A DNA stretch of 64,000 nucleotides from an uncultured Gammaproteobacteria bacterium (GTDB taxonomy: Bacteria; Patescibacteriota; Microgenomatia; UBA8517): positions 128,063 to 192,062 of the forward strand of contig CAZYCE010000001.1 of the NCBI GenBank assembly GCA_964645605.1, read 5' to 3'. A program made the translations under genes and the position numbers. The notes below the pieces were generated by a model, which searched no databases, was not told where the DNA came from, and saw only the letters and a list, made by a program, of their open reading frames with translations. Of this stretch, positions 57,077-64,000 are shown one piece after another; the stretch's first letter is position 1, and the number at the start of each line of letters is the position of its first letter.

Positions 57077-58303
57077 ATGCAAATTAAACAGCTTACCAAA
57101 GTTGCTATAGAGTCATTGCGGATCAATAAATTTCGGTCGCTTTTAACTGCACTGGGAGTAATTATTGGCGTGGCCTCGGTTATTCTCCTTGTGTCTGTCG
57201 GATCGGGACTTAAAGAGTATATTACTGATCAAATGCAGGATATGGGTTCCAATTTAATTATGGTTGTTCCCGGAGATATTGATTTGGATAATATTAGTGC
57301 AGGTTCCGGCGGCGGCGGAGCGATGGGGAGTGCTTTTTCTTCAGTGACATCTTCAAAAATAAGATTAGAAGATGTTTACGAGATAAAAGAATCAGTTCCC
57401 CAGATTGAAGGTGCGGTTGCTATGGTAATGGCCTCCAGTCCAATTAGATATATGGGAGAGTCAAAAATTGTACAAATAATAGGAACAACAGCAAATTACA
57501 TTGAGGTTGGAAATACAGAATTTGAAAAGGGCGGTTTCTTTACCGAGTCCGAAGTTAATTCGGGAAGAAAGGTAATAATTTTGGGACATAGAATATATGA
57601 GGATTTGTTCGGAGAAGAAAATCCGCTTGAGAAGAAGATTAAGCTTGGTGAATATTACTACCAGATTATGGGAGTAATAGAAGAGGAAGGAGGAGAAGGG
57701 AGCATGAGTCCGGATGATAAAGTTTTTATTCCGATTACGGTAGCCCAGCGCCAGTTCGGTCAAGACAATGTTAGTCTTATTTTTGCCCAGGTAAAATCCA
57801 ATGACGATGTTTCAATAGCTGTTCCTTTAGTTGAAGAAGTCTTAAGTAGGAGACTTAATAAAGAAGATTTTACAGTTCTAGATCAAAAGGAAATTCTTTC
57901 TACCGTTTCCGCGATTTTAAATACCCTAACTGCCGCTTTGGGAGGAATAGCTGCCATCTCACTTTTAGTTGGAGGAATTGGTATTATGAACATAATGCTT
58001 GTTTCGGTTACAGAAAGAACTCATGAAATAGGTTTGAGAAAAGCCCTGGGTGCTACCCCTGAGGTAATTTTAACTCAATTTTTGGTGGAAGCCGTTATTT
58101 TGTCTGCTGGCGGAGGAGTGATAGGCATTCTTGTCGGCGAAGGTGGCGCATTGTTGTTAAATAGATTTATGCCGGCGACGGTTACTTTATGGTCTATCAT
58201 TTTAGCATTTGTTGTTTCCGCGACAGTGGGAATAGTTTTTGGTATAGTTCCGGCAAGGAAAGCCTCTCAACTTTCCCCGATTGAAGCATTGCGTTATGAG
58301 TGA
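57077..58303 (+). CDS. MacB/FtsX-type ABC transporter permease
   Basis: GGIGIMNIMLVSVTERTHEIGLRKALGA and PIEALRYE motifs. Confidence 0.96.
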   Translation: MQIKQLTKVAIESLRINKFRSLLTALGVIIGVASVILLVSVGSGLKEYITDQMQDMGSNLIMVVPGDIDLDNISAGSGGGGAMGSAFSSVTSSKIRLEDVYEIKESVPQIEGAVAMVMASSPIRYMGESKIVQIIGTTANYIEVGNTEFEKGGFFTESEVNSGRKVIILGHRIYEDLFGEENPLEKKIKLGEYYYQIMGVIEEEGGEGSMSPDDKVFIPITVAQRQFGQDNVSLIFAQVKSNDDVSIAVPLVEEVLSRRLNKEDFTVLDQKEILSTVSAILNTLTAALGGIAAISLLVGGIGIMNIMLVSVTERTHEIGLRKALGATPEVILTQFLVEAVILSAGGGVIGILVGEGGALLLNRFMPATVTLWSIILAFVVSATVGIVFGIVPARKASQLSPIEALRYE

Positions 58304-58930
58304 GAAACGGATGAATAAACGAAATGTCTATGAAAGCACAAAAAATTTAGGTAAAGACCAGGTTTTTCCTTTTTGTCAAAAAATAAGGCCCAGAGAGAAA
58401 AAGTGCACGAAAAATCATTAAGTCAAAACTGAATACGCAATCCTCAACCTATTTGTATTTTCAGTTTGAGGCTTTTTTGGTGCTTACCGTTGGGATAATA
58501 ATTTTAATATTTGTGGCCTGGCATTGGACAAATCCATTGGCCCGGTGCGCAAGAAAAGCAGGAGAGGAGGAAAAAGCAGGCTGGCTGGCCTTCAAAAAAA
58601 TGGCTTAAGGATTATTCGGTAGCCAAAAGCTATCTGGTGGACTCTGTAATTTTATGGAAAAAATATTTTGTTTACAGGACGGTTTAGGGATTTTCGATTA
58701 CTAAGGCTCTTGCGCGCAGGCACCTGTCAAATTCTCGGAGGCAATACAGAGAGGCTCTACCGTTTACCCATCTTTTTATAGAGGGTGGTAAATGAAATCA
58801 TTAATTCAAATATTCTTTCCCAGCGCTCTCCTCGTCCTTTGGGGGTTATGGCCTCGGAGGTTGGGGGATCCGGCGGGTTTTTCGGAGGAGACTACGGTGC
58901 GGGGTAAAAATTTAATATATAATTATTTTT

Positions 58931-59503
58931 ATGTTTGGCAGCAAAAGGAACGGAAAGGTAGGAACATTTATTGCAATTTTGCTCTTTGTAATAGTTATTT
59001 ATTTTCTTGCTAAACACTCAAACCTAATTACAGACGTTCTTCATAAATCGGGTCCCTGGGCCTCTATCGTGGCGATATTAATTTATCCACTTTTGGCTCT
59101 AACTCCTATTACAACCGATCCTGTAACTGTAATAATGAGTGTGACATACGGACCTTTGCTTGGTGCGGGAATAGCCCTTATTGGTAATACTATAGCTGCA
59201 ACGATAGAATATTTTCTGGGTTACAAGATCGGTAAATCTGTAAATTTTGAAGAAAGAAAAGAAAAGATGCCCTTCGGATTGGGAAAATTACCCGTTAATT
59301 CGATTGGCTTTTTGATCTTCGGAAGAATGATTCCCGGTTATGGCGGCAAGATCCTTAGCATTCTGGCAGGTGCCTATGAAGTTCCAATCAGACGCTACAT
59401 TTGGACAACCACCGTTACCAACTTTTTAGGATCCATAATTTTAGCCTATGGAGGTTTCGGCCTCGTTGAGACAATTAAATTTACAAAAATATTAAAAATA
59501 TAG
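58931..59503 (+). CDS. VTT/TVP38 (DedA-like) membrane protein
   Basis: TM pattern, GN.IAA...Y.LG, RMIP and ..AG motifs. Confidence 0.8.
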   Translation: MFGSKRNGKVGTFIAILLFVIVIYFLAKHSNLITDVLHKSGPWASIVAILIYPLLALTPITTDPVTVIMSVTYGPLLGAGIALIGNTIAATIEYFLGYKIGKSVNFEERKEKMPFGLGKLPVNSIGFLIFGRMIPGYGGKILSILAGAYEVPIRRYIWTTTVTNFLGSIILAYGGFGLVETIKFTKILKI

Positions 59504-59837
59504 TGAATTTAAAAGAGGGTAACCCAATAATATTAAATCGGATCCTGATGGGGAAAGCACTTTATGGTAGGGGGGTTGAGAAATTGAAAATGAGGGTTTA
59601 CCACGGAGGCAACGATGAAAAAAATCAAGACGGTAATCTCAGATAGAAAGAAAAAGTCAACTCCCCAGAGAGAATGGTAATAATTCTGAAAGATGCATGG
59701 GAATATTGCGGTACAAGGCCGGGGGATGAATTTAATAAAATCTTTAATGTCGGGCTTAAGTTAAATAGATTTTTGGATAAAGAAGTGCAAATTAGAATAC
59801 ACCTTCTTCTCTCCAGGCCAAAAATATAGTGGTGTTT

Positions 59838-59887
59838 GGGGAGAAACGTGTTTTAGGCACGACATACAAGACCGGATCTTTTGTGTA
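59838..59887. repeat. Partial third copy of the dispersed hairpin repeat
   Basis: GGGGAGAAA...TTTAGGCACGACATACAAGACCGGATCTT matches the 3' half of copies 1 and 2. Confidence 0.65.
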
Positions 59888-60188
59888 TTGTATAAAGCCC
59901 CACTTTTTTGTGGAAAAAGATAATTTTTGTTCCATTCTTACCTCTCTAAGCACGCACTAATCAAATATTCTTTGCTTGTCCAAAGAGTATTTGGAAAGAA
60001 AGGACACCGCCGAATATAAATTAATAGCTTCTTGTCTTGCTTGTATTTTGTTCCCGAACTTTCGTCGTAAAGGTCTCGGTTGGAATACTCAACCTTTTGA
60101 AATGTACTCGTTAATCTCGTCGAAATTAAATTAGATAGGCGGTTAGGGCAGGAGCGGATTCAAGTGAGTTTTTGTGTTAAAATGAACT

Positions 60189-60509
60189 GTGTTAATAGCA
60201 ATACTTGTATTTCTAGTTTTGTTTTGGCTTCTTGGATATGCTCCTTTTGAAATCCTTCACATAGTGCTTTTCACTTTTAGGGGGCTGACGGTTACTATCT
60301 GGAGTGTCTTAATTTTTATAGTTCTTATTTGGCTAATAGGAGTTTTACCAAGACCTCTTAGGGAAATCGGAATTGTTCTTTTTATAATTTGGATTTTGTC
60401 AATTTTGGGAATAATTGTTGTTGCAGGACTTTCCAACATTGTAATAATTGCAATAATTGTAGGAGTTTTACTTTATGTTTTGGGTAGCGGAGGTAAAAAG
60501 GGAGATTAG
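60189..60509 (+). CDS. Small hydrophobic membrane protein
   Basis: 106 aa, almost entirely TM segments. Confidence 0.65.
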   Translation: MLIAILVFLVLFWLLGYAPFEILHIVLFTFRGLTVTIWSVLIFIVLIWLIGVLPRPLREIGIVLFIIWILSILGIIVVAGLSNIVIIAIIVGVLLYVLGSGGKKGD

Positions 60510-60518
60510 TCCAACCGA

Positions 60519-60547
60519 TTGACGAAATGGGGTATTTGATGTATACT
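60519..60547 (+). promoter_or_regulatory. Probable rRNA promoter
   Basis: TTGACG-N17-TATACT about 390 nt upstream of the 16S gene. Confidence 0.65.
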
Positions 60548-61760
60548 GCGCATACGCTGAAGGAATAAGTTGACTCGTGGAAACCCCATTGATAACTCTC
60601 CAAGATCTTTAAAAGTAATAGGAAACAGGTTCCAAGTAGTCAGTTTTTAGTCGAACTCAGAAATTTGCCTCTTTTGGAGGCTTATCGGTTTTTACCGAGT
60701 TTAAAGTGAGTTTAGTATTGTCCATTTGCTGCCTGTGTCGTATTACTTTTTTAACTGGCACATTAATATCCAAAGATAACCCCGAAGTATACACAACGGG
60801 GTAAACAGGTTAATACAATTTTCCAAGCCTCTGTGCGAAGTTTGGGAACGGTCTAAACAAATTTACGTGTTTAGAATTCAAAATGTGATTGAAAGCAGGA
60901 TTAATCACGTTACAAATTACAATTTGTAATCGTGACTATTTGAGGGTTTGATCCTGGCCCAGGATTAACGCTGGCGGCATGCCTAATGCATGCAAGTAGA
61001 ACGAGTCCGCCGCAAGGCGAACTAGTTGCGAACGGCTGAGTAATGGATAGGAATCTTCCCAATGGTGTGGAATACCTCATCGAAAGATGAGCTAATACCG
61101 CATGACCTCGAAAGAGAAAAGCACTTAACTGTGCACCGATGGATGAGCCTATCTCCCATCAGCTTGTTGGTAGGGTAAAGGCCTACCAAGGCTATGACGG
61201 GTAGGGGGCGTGAGAGCGCGTTCCCCCAGAATGGGACTGAGACACGGCCCATACACCTACGGGTGGCAGCAACAGGGAATCGTACACAATGGACGAAAGT
61301 CTGATGTCGCAATGCCGCGTGGAGGATGAAGGCCTTCGGGTCGTAAACTCCTTTTACAGTAATAGAGATGTTATTGAGAATAAGCACCTGCTAACTCTGT
61401 GCCAGCAGCCGCGGTAATACAGAGGGTGCAAGCGTTATCCGGATTTATTGGGCGTAAAGCGTTTCGTAGGTTTCTAGAAAAGTTAATTTTCAAAGACCAC
61501 GGCTTAACCGGGGAAAGGGAGTTAATACTATCTGGATTGAAATATGGTGGGGCTTCTGGAACTGATGGTGTAGTAGTGAAATACGTTGATATCATCAGGA
61601 ACTCCGAGGGCGAAGGCAGGAAGCTAACCATTTTTTGACACTGAGGAACGACAGCTAGGGTAGCGAAAGGGATTAGAGACCCCTGTAGTCCTAGCCGTAA
61701 ACTTTGCTCGCTAGGGGTTATGATTTATCACTAGCCCCGTAAGCTAACGCGTTAAGCGAG

Positions 61761-61820
<60 letters not shown>

Positions 61821-61936
61821 CCAGTGGAGCATGTGGTTTAATTCGAGACGAAACGAAAGACCTCACCCAGCCTTGACATACAACCGTTTTAAGCACCTAG
61901 AAATAGGAGCCTATCTTTAGAAATATTGATGGTTGA

Positions 61937-61967
<31 letters not shown>

Positions 61968-62277
61968 CCGTAGGGTGTTCCCTTCAGTGGGGTAACGAGC
62001 GCAACCCTTGTCCTAAGTTGAATATTCTTAGGAGACTCCCTAAATTTATTTTAGGGGGAAGTGAGGACGACGTCAGGTCAGCATGGCCCTTATAGCTGGG
62101 GCGACACACATACTACAATGGAGCCGACAGAGGGTTGCCAAGCCGCAAGGTGGAGCTAATCCCAAAAACGGCTTCTCAGTGGGGATTGGGGGCTGCAACT
62201 CGCTCCCATGAACTTGGAATTGGTAGTAATCGCGAATCAGCATGTCGCGGTGAATACGTTCTCGGGTCTTGTACACA

Positions 62278-63114
62278 AATGGCCATAAACACGGCCAAAA
62301 ATGCGCGCCAAGCAGTTTTTAAAACTAGTTGGTCAAAATCCAACCTTCGATAATATCGATGTAGCCAAAAAATTAGCAGGTCTTTGAGAGTAATTTCTAA
62401 GACCGGAGGGCTTGAGGCAAAACGCAGCCGGACATAATTAATTTTATGAACTAAATCGACCTATGGTGTGTCATAGGGAAGCAGTTAGATTCGGATGCAT
62501 GGAACAGTTTTTTAAATAACCTTGGGAGATCCCGCTTTATAGCGGGAAGTCAGCTGATCCATAGTAGCGCGAGTCAAATAAATTATACATTTATTTGACG
62601 CAGCGTGAAGGGAGAAACCTAGATGATTTCAGCAGATTATATTGTAGGATTAACTGATGGAGAAGGATGTTTTTATATAGATGTCAGGCCTCCTGATAAA
62701 AAATATCAGAGGGTGAAAACAGGTATAGAAACTCATTTTTACATCAAATTGAGAGAAGACGACTATTCGCTTTTAAAAGAAGTTAAAGACTACTTTAAAT
62801 GCGGAGGTGTGTATTTTCAGAAAGAAAAAAGGAAAAATCATTCAGCTTGTTATCGGTTTGGGATTAGTTCCCAAAAAGATATACATGAAGTTTTGATCCC
62901 TTTTTTTGATAAACACCATTTTAGAAGTGAAAAGAAGAAAAATTATTTAATTTTTCGGTAAATAGCGAAGATGGTGAAAAAAGGTCTTCATCGAAAAGAT
63001 GAAAGCTTAAAAAGGATTCTACTTTTGAAATCGCAGATGAATTCTGGGGCTCGCTCGGTGCGGGAAATCCGCTCGCCGAGTGGGAACGCGAAGTAACTTT
63101 AAAACTATCGCAAT
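62278..63114 (+). mobile_element. Group II intron (837 nt) in 16S after ~A1398 (E. coli numbering)
   Basis: DV-like CGCTCGGT-GCGG-GAAAT-CCGC-TC-GCCGAGTG; DVI GCGAAGT/ACT-A-TCGC with bulged A at -8; ends in AT; EBS hairpin CCTATG-GTGTGT-CATAGG complementary to the ACACA|C junction. Confidence 0.85.
62623..63096 (+). pseudogene. Intron-encoded single-motif LAGLIDADG homing endonuclease with in-frame stop at 62959-62961
   Basis: YIVGLTDGEGCF, LIPFFDKH and KKKNYLIF; frame continues after TAA with IAKMVKKGLH...LKSQMN. Confidence 0.88.
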
Positions 63115-63382
63115 CCGCCCGTCAAGTGAGTAAAGTTGTATATACCTTAAATCCCGTTGTACGGGATCAAGGTAGAGACAGCGATAAGCACTAAGTCGTA
63201 ACAAGGTATCCGTACTGGAAGGTGCGGATGGATCACCTCCTTTCTAAGGAGATGACAACCCTGATTTTTCAGGGATGTTACACCCCCATTTTAAGTTACG
63301 GGTTTTTTGGTAAAAAAACTATAAACGATGCTTTCAGTCACATTTTGAGTCCTAAATTTAACCAAATCTTTGGAAATCAAGC

Positions 63383-63411
63383 AAAAACCACCTTTTAGAA
63401 GGTGGTTTTTT
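63383..63411 (+). terminator. Intrinsic terminator after 16S
   Basis: AAAAACCACCTT-TTAG-AAGGTGGTTTTTT. Confidence 0.8.
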
Positions 63412-63577
63412 GTGGCCAAATATGTTTATTGTTACTTACCCAAGCATAGTAATTATTCTTCTTTTTTGCCACCCAAAGAAGAATGAAAAAGGGTTCCCAC
63501 AAAAATTTGTTGGGTGGATTAAAAAAAATAAATTTCAGAAGTATATTCGGATGAGTTAAGAAATATACGGGTAGACA

Positions 63578-63671
63578 CCTCCAATCCATCGACGGATTGG
63601 AGGGGAAGGTGGGAGAGAAAGTAATTATTGGATAATTTAGGCACGACATACAGGATTGGATCTTGTATGTA
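63578..63671. repeat. Dispersed ~95-bp hairpin repeat, copy 2
   Basis: CCTCCAATCCATCGACGGATTGGAGG...TTTAGGCACGACATACAGGATTGGATCTTGTATGTA. Confidence 0.85.
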
Positions 63672-63680
63672 ATGGGTAAG

Positions 63681-64000
63681 TTATCTGAGTGGTTTGAGGC
63701 CGATTACGAAGCGTGAGTAGGAGTATCTGTCGTGTTCCTTGTATCCTTCAGGGCCCCAACCGCAGAATGAAATAAGAATTCCATTTGGGTTTTCCTTAAA
63801 ATATTCAAAAACAGGATCAACTTCAGTTATCACATCAAGAGCATTTTTTGTATTTTTGTCATATTTAAGGATCTTATCGTGGGGAATTTGGGCGACAGCA
63901 AAGACTTCATATTCTTTTGTGCCACCATCCTCGAAAAACTCAAATGTTTGACCATCAAGATACTGCATTTGAGAGGCAACCTGATCAGCATTTTTATCGG
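63681..64000 (-). CDS. Hypothetical protein (5' end outside window)
   Basis: Frame open to the window edge; no recognisable motif. Confidence 0.6.
   Translation of the reverse strand, partial: DKNADQVASQMQYLDGQTFEFFEDGGTKEYEVFAVAQIPHDKILKYDKNTKNALDVITEVDPVFEYFKENPNGILISFCGWGPEGYKEHDRYSYSRFVIGLKPLR

Noticed and set aside
62278-63114. Group I assignment for the 16S intron, suggested by the LAGLIDADG ORF
   Set aside because: The 5' exon ends in A rather than U, the intron ends in AT rather than G, no P7 pair was found, and DV/DVI/EBS1 features are present.

Overview
Bacterial chromosome segment using the standard genetic code. The 16S signatures and gene content point to a Patescibacteria/CPR organism of the Microgenomates (OP11) group; this is an inference. 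The window holds housekeeping clusters: gap/tkt/fba sugar metabolism, two class A PBPs, nrdR-nrdJ-pduO, trpS, ftsH, mutM, recF, an ATP-dependent ligase, pth, a CsoR/CopA copper-thioredoxin cluster and a MacAB-type transporter. It also has six tRNA genes and a stand-alone 16S rRNA gene. The most unusual signals lie in and around the RNA genes. (1) At two loci an intact tRNA, flanked by AAATTT-containing inverted repeats, sits inside the broken halves of an older tRNA. (2) Two decayed HTH + LAGLIDADG-like genes each end a few nt upstream of a tRNA gene or tRNA remnant. (3) An atypical tRNA-Met(CAT) carries a group I intron. (4) The 16S gene carries a group II intron with a LAGLIDADG ORF instead of an RT and an apparent 5'-terminal extension. 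(5) Short palindromic and heptameric repeats are inserted in frame in housekeeping genes. (6) A ~95-bp dispersed hairpin repeat is present. All family assignments come from motifs recognised by eye; no database searches were run.
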